Source: Candidatus Versatilivorator sp. (GTDB lineage Bacteria > Acidobacteriota > Terriglobia > Versatilivoradales > Versatilivoraceae). Taken from it: a DNA stretch of 64,000 nt. Positions 35,827 to 46,383 of the stretch are shown here, piece by piece. The notes under the pieces are model-generated. The model was not told the origin of the DNA. It saw nothing but the letters and a program-made list of their open reading frames with translations, and ran no database searches. The stretch spans positions 3,680,001 to 3,744,000 of the forward strand of contig OZ242296.1 in NCBI GenBank assembly GCA_965207735.1, read 5' to 3'. Position 1 is the stretch's first letter. Each line of letters begins with the position of its first letter. The position numbers and the translations under genes are program-made.

Positions 35827-38273
35827 CCCCCACCGATCGCCTGGCGGGCGGCCCGAGAGATGGCCTTGACGCCGATCTGGTAATGGTCGTAGAGCTCCTC
35901 GGTCTGACCCGACTGACCGAATTCATCCACCCCCAGACACAGGGCCTTGCTGCCGAACACGCTCCCAATGAAGGAAAGGGCGTGGGAGTGGCCGTCCAGC
36001 AGGGTGACGATGGGAACCTGGCGCTCCGAGGGCGGGATCAGGCCCTCCAGGTGGAAGGTGAAACGGGTTCCGGGGTTCTTCATCCTGAGCCTGCTGGCCT
36101 GCCGCCAGCCCCGGAAGAGCAGGTCCGGACTGGTGACCACGACAACGTTGGCGAAAATCCCTTCATGAGAGAGTTTCCGGCTGGCCTCCAGGGCCTCCAC
36201 CACCATCACCCCGCAGGTGAAGATATTGAGCACGTTCTTGCCGGGAGAGTACCTTGGATCGGACCGGTGTTCCAGGAGTCGATACCCGCCCCGCAGGACG
36301 TTCTGGCGCAGGCGCTCCAACCGTCGGGGAGCCGTTTGCCTGTCGGCCGGGAAGAGGCTTTGGGGCACCGGCCGGGTTGAGAGCCGCAGGTAGAGGATTT
36401 GGCCGCGCTTGCGGTCGAGCAGGTTCCGCAGGCCCGCCAGGAAGATCCACTCCAGCTCCTGGGCGAAAGTGGGTTCGTAGTAGACCAGGTTGGGCATCTC
36501 CATCCCGATGGAGGGTGTGATCAGGGACTGATGGGCGCCTCCCTCCGGACTTAGAGTGATGCCCGAAGGCGTGCCGGCAAAAATGAACTTGGATTCGGTG
36601 TAAGCCGCATAGGTCAGGGCATCCAGCCCACGTCCGATAAAGGGGTCATAGACGGTGCCGAATGGCAAAAGCACTTCCCCGGAGATTTCCTGTGACAGCC
36701 CCAACATGTTCAGCAGGAGAAACAGGTTGTTTTCCGAGATGCCCAGCTCGATGTGATGTCCCTTGGGGGATTGCTCCCAATTGAGCATGGAGCCCACGGC
36801 ATTCTCGCGAAAGAAATTGATCTTCTCCTCCGGGCTGTAGACCCGCATCTTGTGGATCCACCCCCCCAGGTTTGTCGAAATGGACACGTCGGGGGAAGTG
36901 GTCACCATGCGGGACGCCACCTCCGGGATACGGCTCAAGGCGGTGAGGAGGCTCCCCAGGGCTTGTTGGGTGGAGATGTCGCCCCGGTAGCCGGATCCCA
37001 GGCTGTCGGGAATCTGTAGGGGCGAGGGATCGGATGCGGCTTCGGCCTTGGCATCGCCATTGAGGAGCTTGAGGCGTGACTGGATAAACCGGTCTTCACG
37101 GCTTTCCGAAGGGAATCGGGTGAATTCTTCTCCGGACGCAACCCCCAGTCGAGACTGAAGCTCCGCCATTTGGTCCGAGGTCAAAAGCTTGGCGTGGTTC
37201 AAGGGATCCCCGGCGATCGGCAGCTCCCAACCCTTGATGGTGTAGGCGATGATGACGACCGGCTGGTCGCTAATACGGTCGGCCTCGTCCAGCCCCTCCA
37301 GGATCTTGCGCAGGTCATGGCCGCCCAGGTCGGCCAGTAGAGGCTTGACTTCATCGGTGGAGTAGCCGCTCAACAATTCCAGCAGCTCCTCGTCCTGGCC
37401 GCCGGGAGTGTTGACCAGGCGATGCCGGATCCGTTCACCGTCCTCGATGCGCAGCAGGCTCTGATATTCGTCGTTGCTCATCAGGTCGATGCGCTGTCTC
37501 AATTTCTCCCCGTGGGGACGACTGAAGACCTCCTCCAGTTTCCGGCCATACTTCAGCTCAAGCACTCGCCAGCCGTTGATCCGAAACATCTCCTCGATCT
37601 TCTGGGCCTTGCCGCTGGGGACGACGCGGTCCAGGCTCTGGCGATTGAGATCGACGATCCAGAGGACCTGGCCCAGTTCCTGCAGCGTTTCTTCGCCAAG
37701 GGCCTCCCAAACATTCCCCTCATCCAACTCCGCGTCGCCCATCAGGGCAATGAAGCGGTTGCGCCTCGGGTATCCGAAATGGTCCCGTACAAACTGTCGG
37801 GTCAGCCGAGCGAAGTTGGGAACCACCGCTCCCAAACCCACCGACCCGGTGGAGAAGTCGACCTGGTCCACGTCCTTGGTACGGCTGGGATAGGACTGAA
37901 GTCCCTTGAAGCTGCGGAACTGGCGGAGTTTCTCCTCGGGCAGGTTGCCCAGAAGATACTGAATGGCGTGGTATACCGGGGAGCCGTGAGGCTTGACGGA
38001 GACACGGTCTCCAAATCGAAGCGAGTGGAAATAGAGAGCCGTCATCAGGCTGACCATGGAGGCGCAACTGGCCTGGTGCCCCCCCACCTTGGCGCCGTTG
38101 CCGTTCTCCCGCAGGGAATTGGCGTAGTGCACGATCTGCATGCTCAGCCACAGGACTCGTTCCTGAATCCGCTCGAGAATGTCGACCTCGACATCCGCCA
38201 GATTCTCGGCAAGCTCTACGCCGACCTTGGATCCTTGGCCGTTGCTGGTGAGTTCTGGGGAATTCCCGGTCAT
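35823..38273 (-). CDS. AceE-type ThDP enzyme (pyruvate dehydrogenase E1 / transketolase-like)
   Basis: KVGGHQAS, LQSYPSR, STGSVGLG, GDAELDEGN, ELGISENN, EGGAHQS; start uncertain (38273-38303). Confidence 0.85.
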   Translation of the reverse strand: MTGNSPELTSNGQGSKVGVELAENLADVEVDILERIQERVLWLSMQIVHYANSLRENGNGAKVGGHQASCASMVSLMTALYFHSLRFGDRVSVKPHGSPVYHAIQYLLGNLPEEKLRQFRSFKGLQSYPSRTKDVDQVDFSTGSVGLGAVVPNFARLTRQFVRDHFGYPRRNRFIALMGDAELDEGNVWEALGEETLQELGQVLWIVDLNRQSLDRVVPSGKAQKIEEMFRINGWRVLELKYGRKLEEVFSRPHGEKLRQRIDLMSNDEYQSLLRIEDGERIRHRLVNTPGGQDEELLELLSGYSTDEVKPLLADLGGHDLRKILEGLDEADRISDQPVVIIAYTIKGWELPIAGDPLNHAKLLTSDQMAELQSRLGVASGEEFTRFPSESREDRFIQSRLKLLNGDAKAEAASDPSPLQIPDSLGSGYRGDISTQQALGSLLTALSRIPEVASRMVTTSPDVSISTNLGGWIHKMRVYSPEEKINFFRENAVGSMLNWEQSPKGHHIELGISENNLFLLLNMLGLSQEISGEVLLPFGTVYDPFIGRGLDALTYAAYTESKFIFAGTPSGITLSPEGGAHQSLITPSIGMEMPNLVYYEPTFAQELEWIFLAGLRNLLDRKRGQILYLRLSTRPVPQSLFPADRQTAPRRLERLRQNVLRGGYRLLEHRSDPRYSPGKNVLNIFTCGVMVVEALEASRKLSHEGIFANVVVVTSPDLLFRGWRQASRLRMKNPGTRFTFHLEGLIPPSERQVPIVTLLDGHSHALSFIGSVFGSKALCLGVDEFGQSGQTEELYDHYQIGVKAISRAARQAIGGG

Positions 38274-38351
38274 CCCTGGACCCGCTCGCCTGGCATCAGG
38301 CATCTTTCCGCCGACTCGGTGGGTTACTCCGATTCAGTCCCCCGTGGCCGG

Positions 38352-39317
38352 TCAGTGGTAGGGTTTCAACCGTTTCACGCAGTGGGCAATTTGCTGGAGG
38401 ATCGCCGGCGGTGGCGGGGCGTTGAACGGACCCCCTTCTCCCAGGTCGATGTCCTGGAACCCACCCAGCCGGCCGGCGGCAACCACGGCGGAGTAGTTGT
38501 AGATTCGATCCTCCATGAAACGAATCTCTTCAAGTCCCGAAACCACTTGCTCCAACTCGGCGCAGGCCTCGAAGTCCTCGCGCCGGCAGGCGTTGTTGAT
38601 GGCATCGCAGAGGCGGGGACAGATCAGCGTCAGCCCGGAGGTGTGGCCCCGTGCGCCCAGGCGGGCCGCCGCCGTCACCCGGTCGCCCACTCCCCAAAGT
38701 ACCCTCTTGGAGCGGGGCACTGCCTTTCGAAGCACCTGCACGTCTGCGGGCTGGGTGCCCACCTTGATGCCGGCTATGTTGGCAAATCTGGTGGCGAGTC
38801 TAGCATAGGCCGCGTTCAGGCGGCCAGTGCGCAGGTAGAGGACAAAGCGGCCTGCCCCTCGGTCTTGAAAGAATTCCGATAGAGCGGAGAGCTCGGCTTC
38901 AACACCCTCGGGGTTGCACAGACCGGGAATGGGCATCAGCAGAAAGTAGTCGGGGGGTCTCTCCAGGCTCAGGCATTCCTGGATGAATCGCCTGGATTCG
39001 GAGGGGGGCGTGGGAATGACCCCGGCCATGAAGAGTGCCTCGGCGCCCAACTGGCGCCCGGTCGACTGGACCAGTTCCAACAGGGTGCTCCGGTCGAGGT
39101 GGTGGATCAGGCTGGTTCCCCCGATCCCGATGACCCGCCTCCGCCCTTCATCCAGAAAACAGTTTCCCAGCAAGTAGTCCACGTTTCTGGCGTGCGCCCG
39201 CCCGTCCAACCGTCCTCCCCGAAAGGGCATCGGCAACAGCACGGTGACAGTGTCGAGTTCGGCGAAGGGGTCCAGTGCGGCTCCCTTCTCAAATAACTGC
39301 TTGGACTGTATCTGCAT
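38352..39317 (-). CDS. Dihydrodipicolinate synthase / class I aldolase family protein (divergent)
   Basis: PMPF...GRLD, GGTS, VLYLR (Tyr), AGIKVG (Schiff-base Lys), GVGD, GARGHTSG. Confidence 0.75.
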   Translation of the reverse strand: MQIQSKQLFEKGAALDPFAELDTVTVLLPMPFRGGRLDGRAHARNVDYLLGNCFLDEGRRRVIGIGGTSLIHHLDRSTLLELVQSTGRQLGAEALFMAGVIPTPPSESRRFIQECLSLERPPDYFLLMPIPGLCNPEGVEAELSALSEFFQDRGAGRFVLYLRTGRLNAAYARLATRFANIAGIKVGTQPADVQVLRKAVPRSKRVLWGVGDRVTAAARLGARGHTSGLTLICPRLCDAINNACRREDFEACAELEQVVSGLEEIRFMEDRIYNYSAVVAAGRLGGFQDIDLGEGGPFNAPPPPAILQQIAHCVKRLKPYH

Positions 39318-39389
39318 GGCCTCTTTCTCCCAGGATTCCAAGTCGTTTTCGCCTCCCACCCGAGGCTTACTTCCTGAATCTGCGGCGGG

Positions 39390-40580
39390 CTAAGGAGCTC
39401 GCCGAGTAGTGTAGGCCCAAACCAGTTTTCTTGCCTTGGGCCAGGAACGGGAAATCACAAAAATCACCGTAGAGACGATCACAAACAGGCCTGCCGAAGT
39501 AAAAATCCAGAGGTATTCCCACTGGTTCCCGATGTAACCCCACAGCGGAGACCCCAGGAACATGCCCAGGGCGAACGCGGACATGTACAGGCTCATGGCA
39601 TTTCCGGTGTGCAGGGGATGAAAACGCTGGGCGGCATACGAGCTCAAGGCCGGGTAGTAGAGGCCATGGCTCAACCCGCAACCGAACCCGATGACTCCCA
39701 ATTGCCAGGCATGGGCGGCCTGAGGAATCAGTCCGAGCCCTACCCCATAAAGGGTAAGGCTGGAGATGGCGATCAGGCGATTCTTCCCCCGATCCAGCCT
39801 TTGACTCAGACCCAGGCGACTCATCAAGGCTCCTGAACCGTAGCCAATGCCAAAGGCGGAGACGGCTCCGGCCCCGATCCAACTCACGGTGGGAGCCAAG
39901 AAGCTGTTCCAGGCGGACAAGCTCATACCAAAGCAGAAAGCGAAGAAGATCACCGGCCTCAAATTGGGAAAGCTCTCCCTGAAGGCGCGGCTGAACGGTT
40001 CCCGTCGAGTGCCCTTGGGAGCCAGGGGACGCGGAAGGCGGCGGAGGAGAATGACAACCGCCAGGAAGCTGACCAGAATGAGGGTGAACACCCCGACCAT
40101 CCCCCAGGAGTGACGCAACACCTCGGCGATAGCCGGACCGAGTCCCATCATCACGAACCCCGGCAGGCCGAAATAGCCCATGACTCGCCCCTTGAGGTTT
40201 TGGGGCACCGACCGCACCAAATGAAAAAGAGCGCCGGCCCGGACCATGGAAGCCCCGGCGCCATGAAGGGCGCGAGCTGCAAAGAGGGCCTCCGGCCACC
40301 AGAGACTCACCCAGTAGAAGGCACAGCCGCTCAAGGCAACGCCGGCGCCGATCAGGGCCGTAGGCACGTTTCCGATGCGGTCGGCCAGATGCCCCGAGAA
40401 GATCTGGGAAAGGAGAGCAAATACGAAAAAAACGCCCATGGCCCAACCGATCTTTTGGGCCGACCATCCCTGATGGACCAGGTAGTCCGGGACCAGGATC
40501 AGCGTCCACATGGCGAGGCTCAGCAGGGCGCTGATGCTCAAATAGGCGAGGAATTTAAAACCTTCTCGATTCAGTGGCAT
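39390..40580 (-). CDS. MFS transporter
   Basis: 12 TM pattern; GHLADRIG motif A; KGRVMGYFG. Confidence 0.88.
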   Translation of the reverse strand: MPLNREGFKFLAYLSISALLSLAMWTLILVPDYLVHQGWSAQKIGWAMGVFFVFALLSQIFSGHLADRIGNVPTALIGAGVALSGCAFYWVSLWWPEALFAARALHGAGASMVRAGALFHLVRSVPQNLKGRVMGYFGLPGFVMMGLGPAIAEVLRHSWGMVGVFTLILVSFLAVVILLRRLPRPLAPKGTRREPFSRAFRESFPNLRPVIFFAFCFGMSLSAWNSFLAPTVSWIGAGAVSAFGIGYGSGALMSRLGLSQRLDRGKNRLIAISSLTLYGVGLGLIPQAAHAWQLGVIGFGCGLSHGLYYPALSSYAAQRFHPLHTGNAMSLYMSAFALGMFLGSPLWGYIGNQWEYLWIFTSAGLFVIVSTVIFVISRSWPKARKLVWAYTTRRAP

Positions 40581-40680
40581 ACAGCCCACATTATAGTGCA
40601 GCCTTCCTGTGTGTAACCGCAAGAGATCACACTCTGACCAACAAGTTGCTGAAAATAGATGACCTATCATCATGAATCCG

Positions 40681-40704
40681 GCGACCTGGTGAGAAATGCG
40701 GGCT
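40681..40704. mobile_element. IS/MITE-like terminal repeat
   Basis: GCGACCTGGTGAGAAATGCGGGCT is the exact reverse complement of 48816-48839; the core is shared with 40787-40797 and 41463-41473. Confidence 0.7.
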
Positions 40705-41590
40705 TGCCTGAAACAACCGACAAGAGACAAGAGAAAAAGAGTTATCCACGAAGGGCCACGAAGAACGACGAAGGGGCACTAAGGCGCATTTCTCACCCTG
40801 TGTCGCACTGTCGCGAAGAGTGCTGAAAGGGAGGGTCGTGATTGGCGTCATCTTGGAGAGGTAGTGCGTTTCGGGGCGATGCTGCTAAATCGCCGCCTAC
40901 GCGGCTACGGGAGTGCGGAGATACGACGTCCATGGGCTTACGCCCACGGCTACCTGCTGCCGCGGCTACGCCGCTTTATAAGGAAGACCTGTAGGGGACG
41001 TTTCCTCGGGCGAGCCAGGCCAACCGCGGCTTCACCGCTCTCCCCTAAACCACGACACTGCCGGGCGGACAGGATTTATTAAAGGATGACAATCCCCCGG
41101 GCGCCAGCCCGGGGGTTCCAGGAAGCCGCGTAGGCGGCGGCAGCAAATGCCGGTGAGCCCACGTGAAGCGCAGGGCAACGCAATGGCGTTTCTCACCTGC
41201 AAAAAAGCATCTTGAGCCGGCTTCCCTGAGAGCCGCGTAGCGGCGCCAGCAGGTAGCCGTGGGCGTCAGCCCATGGGAAACGTGCATCGGAAACGTAACC
41301 GATTGGAGTTGAGCCGCGAAGGCGGCGGCAGCAATCATCCCTGGCGTTCGCTCCCGAGCAAGCCCGGGCGCACCCAGCGCAGTCTGTACCCTGAAGGCTC
41401 CGCCCAAAAGCGCGGCAAGACGTTAAAGACAAACCCTTTCCCAGCCGATGCCCAGCCCCCCCGGTGAGAAATGAGGGCCAAGGCTCTGAGGTTAACCGCG
41501 ACGGGATACCAGGCTCGCGAAGGGATGATCGATTTCTGATTGTTTCGCTCTCGTATGATCCGCACACCAGGGCAGGGGCAAGGCTTGCCT
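40701..41590 (-). repeat. Modular repeat (cargo type 1) split in two by a nested insertion
   Basis: Halves at 40701-40785 and 41480-41590 rejoin into a copy like 12493-12659; GGCTTGCCT occurs at both outer ends. Confidence 0.85.
40786..41479. mobile_element. ~690-bp non-autonomous element with CATTTCTCACC/GGTGAGAAATG inverted ends, carrying REP-like palindromes
   Basis: 11-bp inverted repeat at 40787-40797 and 41463-41473; AAGGC on both flanks; GTAG-palindrome units at 40930-40975 and 41231-41276; AGCCGCG(T/A)AGGCGGCG at 40891 (minus), 41124 and 41312. Confidence 0.75.
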
Positions 41591-41798
41591 TTGTCTTCTC
41601 CTCCGGCCGACTTCTTGGCCTTTCCGGCCAAAACGATTGAAGAGCCGGTTGGGCATCGATAAACTATCGAAGCACAAGACCTGTGTAGGTGAATTGACCC
41701 CGGGCTCGGTGGCGTCTAGAGAAGGGTGGATTCAGTCGCACCGAAAGAGGGGAGAGGTCTCGGCGATGAGTCCCGGTTCCTATGGGAGGATCAAGAAG

Positions 41799-42785
41799 AT
41801 GAAACTGTCCCGATTCGTAGTGATTACCCATGTGCTTCTGTTGACGGCGATGGCCCCGGTCATTGTGTGTCGGAGTTCCAAGAACCTGACCAGCAAGGAC
41901 ATCGACCGGATGATGACCTCGCTTTCCAACTGGGGCCGTTGGGGTTCGGACGACCAGTTGGGGACCATCAATCTGATCACGGCCGAAAAGCGCAAGCAGG
42001 CGGCTGGCCTGGTGAAGGAGGGCTTCTCGGTTTCGATGGCCCACGACGCGATCAAGGTCGAGCAGGATGGATCGCCTCCCTTCGAGCACGAGATGTTGCC
42101 GGAGAGTTTCAAGCCCGACTCCGTGGGAGCCAACGATCGGTTTGCCGTGAGTTACCACGGATTCACCACCACCCATATGGATGCCCTGTGCCACTTCTTT
42201 TACCAGGGGAAGATGTACAACGGTTTCTCCAGGGACGAAGTCACCCGGAGCGGAGCGGGGAAGCTCTCGGTGAACACTCTGAAGGACGGCATCTTCACAC
42301 GGGCCGTGCTCATGGATATGCCCCGCCTGTGGGGTTTGGACTATTTGCCTGGGGACAAGGCGATCTATCCTGAAGATCTGGAAGCCTGGGAAAAGAAGGC
42401 GGGTGTCCGGGTGGGCTCCGGGGATGCCCTCCTGCTGCGGACCGGACGCTGGGCCAGGCGGAAGGCCGAGGGGTCATGGGACATCATGCAGAATTCGGCC
42501 GGTTTGCACGCGTCCTGCCTGCCCTGGCTGAAAGAGCGCGACGTGGCCATCGTGGGCAGCGATCTGGCCACCGACGTCATGCCCTCTCAAGTGAAGGACT
42601 CCTTCCTGCCGGTTCACATGGTCCTGATCGTGGGGATGGGGACTCCCATCCTGGATGTTCTGGATCTGGAAGCTGTCGGCGAGGCCGCCCAGGCCCGCCA
42701 ACGCTGGGAGTTCCTCATGACCGTGGCCCCGCTGCCGGTGCCGGGCGCCACCGGCTCCCCTCTGAATCCCATTGCGACATTTTAG
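41799..42785 (+). CDS. Cyclase family metal-dependent hydrolase (kynurenine formamidase-like), probably exported
   Basis: SNWGRWGSDDQLGTINLIT, HGFTTTHMDALCH, LLLRTG, GATGSPLNP; hydrophobic N-terminus. Confidence 0.88.
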   Translation: MKLSRFVVITHVLLLTAMAPVIVCRSSKNLTSKDIDRMMTSLSNWGRWGSDDQLGTINLITAEKRKQAAGLVKEGFSVSMAHDAIKVEQDGSPPFEHEMLPESFKPDSVGANDRFAVSYHGFTTTHMDALCHFFYQGKMYNGFSRDEVTRSGAGKLSVNTLKDGIFTRAVLMDMPRLWGLDYLPGDKAIYPEDLEAWEKKAGVRVGSGDALLLRTGRWARRKAEGSWDIMQNSAGLHASCLPWLKERDVAIVGSDLATDVMPSQVKDSFLPVHMVLIVGMGTPILDVLDLEAVGEAAQARQRWEFLMTVAPLPVPGATGSPLNPIATF

Positions 42786-42803
42786 AAATCCCGGAGCTTC
42801 GTC

Positions 42804-43790
42804 TTGAGGGCCATGGTTCTGGAGTTGCCGGGGCAGCCCCTGGTCGAACGGGAACTGCCCAGGCCCCGACTGGGGCCGAGCCAGGTGCTCCTGCGGGTCC
42901 GCGCCTGTGCGGTCTGCCGAACCGACCTTCACATCCTGGACGGTGAGCTTCCGCAGGTCAAGCGGCCGCTGGTTCCCGGGCATCAGATCGTAGGGACGGT
43001 GGCCGGCTGCGGTCGCAGAGTCACCCGTCTGCGTCTGGGAGATCGGGTGGGGGTGCCCTGGTTGGGCTGGACCTGCAGCCGCTGCGGCTACTGCCGGTCC
43101 ACCAGGGAGAACCTGTGCGATCGGGCCCGGTTTACGGGGTATCACCGCGATGGTGGCTATGCGGAATACGCGGCCGCCGACGAGCGCTACTGTTTTCCCA
43201 TTCCCCCCAACTATTCCGACGTTCAGGCAGCCCCGCTCTTGTGCGGGGGCCTGATCGGCTTCCGATCTCTGAGGATGACCGGTGAGGCCCGGCGGGTCGG
43301 CTTTTACGGGTTCGGGTCGGCAGCTCATGTATTGGTTCAGGCGGCTCTCCACCAAGGCCGCCGGGTCTACGCCTTCACCCGGCCCGGGGATAGGGCCGGC
43401 CAGCGGTTTGCCCTCCGCTCAGGGGCGGCCTGGGCGGGTGAATCGGGTGAGAGGCCCCCGGTCCCGCTGGATGCCGCCATCATCTTCGCCCCCGCCGGCG
43501 AGTTGGTCCCGGCCGCTCTGAAAGCGGTGGCCAAGGGAGGCTCGGTAATTTGTGCCGGAATCCACATGAGCGATATTCCGGCCTTTCCCTATTCGATTCT
43601 TTGGGGAGAGCGGGTGGTGCGCTCGGTCGCCAATCTCACCCGGCGCGACGGAGAGGAGTTTCTGGAGTTGGCGAGCCGGGTCACCATCGCAACTCAGGTC
43701 AATCCCTTTGCTCTTGGCGACGCCAACCGGGCCCTGACGGCGCTTCGGTCGGGAACGGTTCAGGGCGCGGCCGTTCTGGTGGTCGATTGA
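42804..43790 (+). CDS. Zinc-dependent alcohol dehydrogenase
   Basis: CRTDLH, GHQIVG, C-x2-C-x2-C-x7-C, GFGSAA. Confidence 0.92.
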   Translation: MRAMVLELPGQPLVERELPRPRLGPSQVLLRVRACAVCRTDLHILDGELPQVKRPLVPGHQIVGTVAGCGRRVTRLRLGDRVGVPWLGWTCSRCGYCRSTRENLCDRARFTGYHRDGGYAEYAAADERYCFPIPPNYSDVQAAPLLCGGLIGFRSLRMTGEARRVGFYGFGSAAHVLVQAALHQGRRVYAFTRPGDRAGQRFALRSGAAWAGESGERPPVPLDAAIIFAPAGELVPAALKAVAKGGSVICAGIHMSDIPAFPYSILWGERVVRSVANLTRRDGEEFLELASRVTIATQVNPFALGDANRALTALRSGTVQGAAVLVVD

Positions 43791-43846
43791 CCTGAACAGG
43801 CGTCTGGGCGCGGGCCGGGCGCAAGCCAGTGGAAGCGGTAAATATG

Positions 43847-43855
43847 TGTTATGAT
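43847..43855 (+). promoter_or_regulatory. Possible extended -10 promoter for the CBS-korAB operon
   Basis: TG-T-TATGAT in an AT-richer intergenic stretch. Confidence 0.4.
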
Positions 43856-43872
43856 GGAGCTAACCGAGTTCG

Positions 43873-44385
43873 ATGTTTTTAACTGTTATTGATGAAAATG
43901 CAGGGTTTGAAGCCGTGAGCGTCGAATTGACCCTACGCCAGACCAAAATCAGGCACCTGCAGTTGAAAGACATGGTCTGCGTGGACCCGGAAACGAGTTT
44001 GGGGGAGACGATTGCAACCATGCAGCGGCGGCGCAACGGTTGTGCTTTGGTGGCGGCCGGTTCAAACCTCGTAGGCATATTCACCGAAAGGGATTTGATT
44101 CGCAAGGTGGTAGGTCGCGACCAGGCAGGTCTGGAACGGCCGATTCGCGACCTCATGACGCCGGAGCCGGCGGTCCTGAGTCCGGACGATTCTCTGCTGG
44201 ACGCGGTTCGTTTGATGAACCGGGGTGGCTACCGCCATATTCCGCTGGTAGATTCGGCCAATCGGGTCTGTGATTGTCTGTCCGTGATCAACATCGTTGA
44301 CTATCTGTTGGAGTGCTACCCTCAGGAGGTATTTTCCCTTCCGCCCACGCCCGGTCAGAATTTCAGCGAGCCGGACGGAGCCTGA
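43873..44385 (+). CDS. CBS-domain pair protein
   Basis: LVGIFTERDL, MTPEP, GYRHIPLVD; start uncertain. Confidence 0.9.
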   Translation: MFLTVIDENAGFEAVSVELTLRQTKIRHLQLKDMVCVDPETSLGETIATMQRRRNGCALVAAGSNLVGIFTERDLIRKVVGRDQAGLERPIRDLMTPEPAVLSPDDSLLDAVRLMNRGGYRHIPLVDSANRVCDCLSVINIVDYLLECYPQEVFSLPPTPGQNFSEPDGA

Positions 44386-44454
44386 GGAAGGATACCGTCG
44401 CATTCGGGACCCATTTAGGAAGTTGATCTGCGAGGAGCGAAAGTCTCAGCCACC

Positions 44455-46326
44455 GTGCCTGCCATAACTACCGCAAAAGGTCACAAATCCCCCCGCGCCC
44501 TCGTCGAGATCGAAAACGCAACCATCCGGTTTGCGGGCGACTCGGGCGACGGCATGCAATTGACCGGAACCCAGTTCACCAATACCTCGGCGATCTTTGG
44601 GAACGACGTCAGCACCCTCCCCGATTTTCCGGCTGAGATTCGCGCGCCGGCCGGGTCCCTGCCGGGTGTGAGCGGTTTCCAGATCAGCTTCAGCAGCCGA
44701 GACATTCGGACTCCCGGGGATCAGCCCAACGTTCTGGTGGCCATGAACCCGGCGGCCCTCAGGGTGCACTTGTCGGACCTTGAGCCCGGGGGCATCGTCA
44801 TTGCCAATTCCAATTCCTTCCTGCCCTTGAATCTGAAGAAGGCGGGCTATGAGTCCAACCCCCTGGAGGACGGGAGCCTGTCCGGTTACCGATTGATCGC
44901 CGTGCCCCTGACCGAGCTGAACGGCAAGGCGCTCCAGGAGTTGAACCTTCACAGGCGGGATGCGGACCGGTGCAAGAATTTCTTCGCTCTCGGAATTACC
45001 TACTGGCTATACGATCGTCCCCTGAAGCCGACGCTCTCCTGGATCGAAGCCAAATTCAAAATGAGGCCTCAGATCCTGGCGGCGAATACCCTGGCCTTGC
45101 GAAGCGGCTACAACTACGCCGACACCACCGAGCTCTTCACCACCCACTACCGGGTTCGCACCGCCAAGTTGGCTCCCGGCAAGTACCGCAACATAACCGG
45201 CAACGAGGCCACGGCCTTCGGATTTATCGCGGCTTCTCAGAAGCTGGGACGGTCCATTTTTTACGCCAGCTATCCCATCACTCCGGCCAGCGATATCCTT
45301 CACGAGTTGGCCCGGCACAAGAATTTCGGCATCAAGACTTTTCAGGCGGAAGACGAGATTGCGGCTGTCGGCGCCGCCATAGGTGCTTCCTTTGCGGGGC
45401 ACCTGGGACTGACCGCAACCAGCGGACCGGGGGTTGCCCTCAAATCGGAGGCGATCGGGCTGGCGGTCATGACGGAACTTCCACTGGTCATCGCCAACAT
45501 CCAACGTGGCGGTCCCAGCACGGGTCTGCCCACCAAGACCGAACAGGCGGACCTGCTGCAGGCCCTGTTCGGGCGGAACGGGGAGTGTCCCGTGGCAGTG
45601 CTTGCGCCAAGTACGCCATCCAGCTGCTTCACCATGGCCTTCGAGGCCTTTCGTTTGGCCACCCGGTTCATGACCCCGGTCTTCTTCCTCTCCGACGGCT
45701 ACCTGGCCAACGGGTCGGAGCCCTGGAAGATTCCTTCGGTGGCGGACTTTCCCGACATCGAGGTGCGTTTCAGGACGGAGGCAGAGGGGTTTCAACCCTA
45801 TCTGCGGGATGAGAAGACGCTTTCCCGTCCCTGGGCCATCCCGGGCACTCCGGGGCTGGAGCATCGCATCGGGGGCTTGGAGAAGCAGAATATCAGCGGG
45901 AACGTCAGTTACAACCCCGACAACCATGACCGCATGGTGCGCCTGCGGGCCGAGAAGATTGCCCGGATAGCCGACTATATTCCCCCGGCCGAGGTCTTTG
46001 GCGAACCGGAAGGAAAGGTCCTGGTGGTCGGCTGGGGTTCGACCTATGGCGCCATCACCTCAGCCGTGGAGGGCATGCAGGAGCAGGGCCATCCCGTCTC
46101 CAGCCTTCACTTGCAATACCTGAATCCTCTCCCCCGGAATCTGGGAGAGGTGCTCTCTCGATTTGACAAGGTTCTGGTGCCCGAGCTTAATCTGGGCCAG
46201 TTGTCGATGATCTTGCGGTCTCGCTTCCTGGTGGATGCCGTCGGTTTCAACAGGGTGCGAGGCCTGCCTTTCAAAATTTCAGAACTGCAGGAAGCCATTA
46301 GAGATGTTCTGATTCCAGAGGGTTGA
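44455..46326 (+). CDS. korA: 2-oxoacid:ferredoxin oxidoreductase subunit alpha
   Basis: [44 protein letters not shown]. Confidence 0.93.
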   Translation: MPAITTAKGHKSPRALVEIENATIRFAGDSGDGMQLTGTQFTNTSAIFGNDVSTLPDFPAEIRAPAGSLPGVSGFQISFSSRDIRTPGDQPNVLVAMNPAALRVHLSDLEPGGIVIANSNSFLPLNLKKAGYESNPLEDGSLSGYRLIAVPLTELNGKALQELNLHRRDADRCKNFFALGITYWLYDRPLKPTLSWIEAKFKMRPQILAANTLALRSGYNYADTTELFTTHYRVRTAKLAPGKYRNITGNEATAFGFIAASQKLGRSIFYASYPITPASDILHELARHKNFGIKTFQAEDEIAAVGAAIGASFAGHLGLTATSGPGVALKSEAIGLAVMTELPLVIANIQRGGPSTGLPTKTEQADLLQALFGRNGECPVAVLAPSTPSSCFTMAFEAFRLATRFMTPVFFLSDGYLANGSEPWKIPSVADFPDIEVRFRTEAEGFQPYLRDEKTLSRPWAIPGTPGLEHRIGGLEKQNISGNVSYNPDNHDRMVRLRAEKIARIADYIPPAEVFGEPEGKVLVVGWGSTYGAITSAVEGMQEQGHPVSSLHLQYLNPLPRNLGEVLSRFDKVLVPELNLGQLSMILRSRFLVDAVGFNRVRGLPFKISELQEAIRDVLIPEG

Positions 46327-46383
46327 CGGTGGGCATTTCCCTCTGGAGAAACCAGCCCGTGTTCGGAGCAGGAGCGGTCAACC

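Noticed and set aside
40627-41677. ORFs across the 40.6-41.6 kb island as a transposase
   Set aside because: No HUH or DDE motifs; the peptides derive from REP-like palindromes
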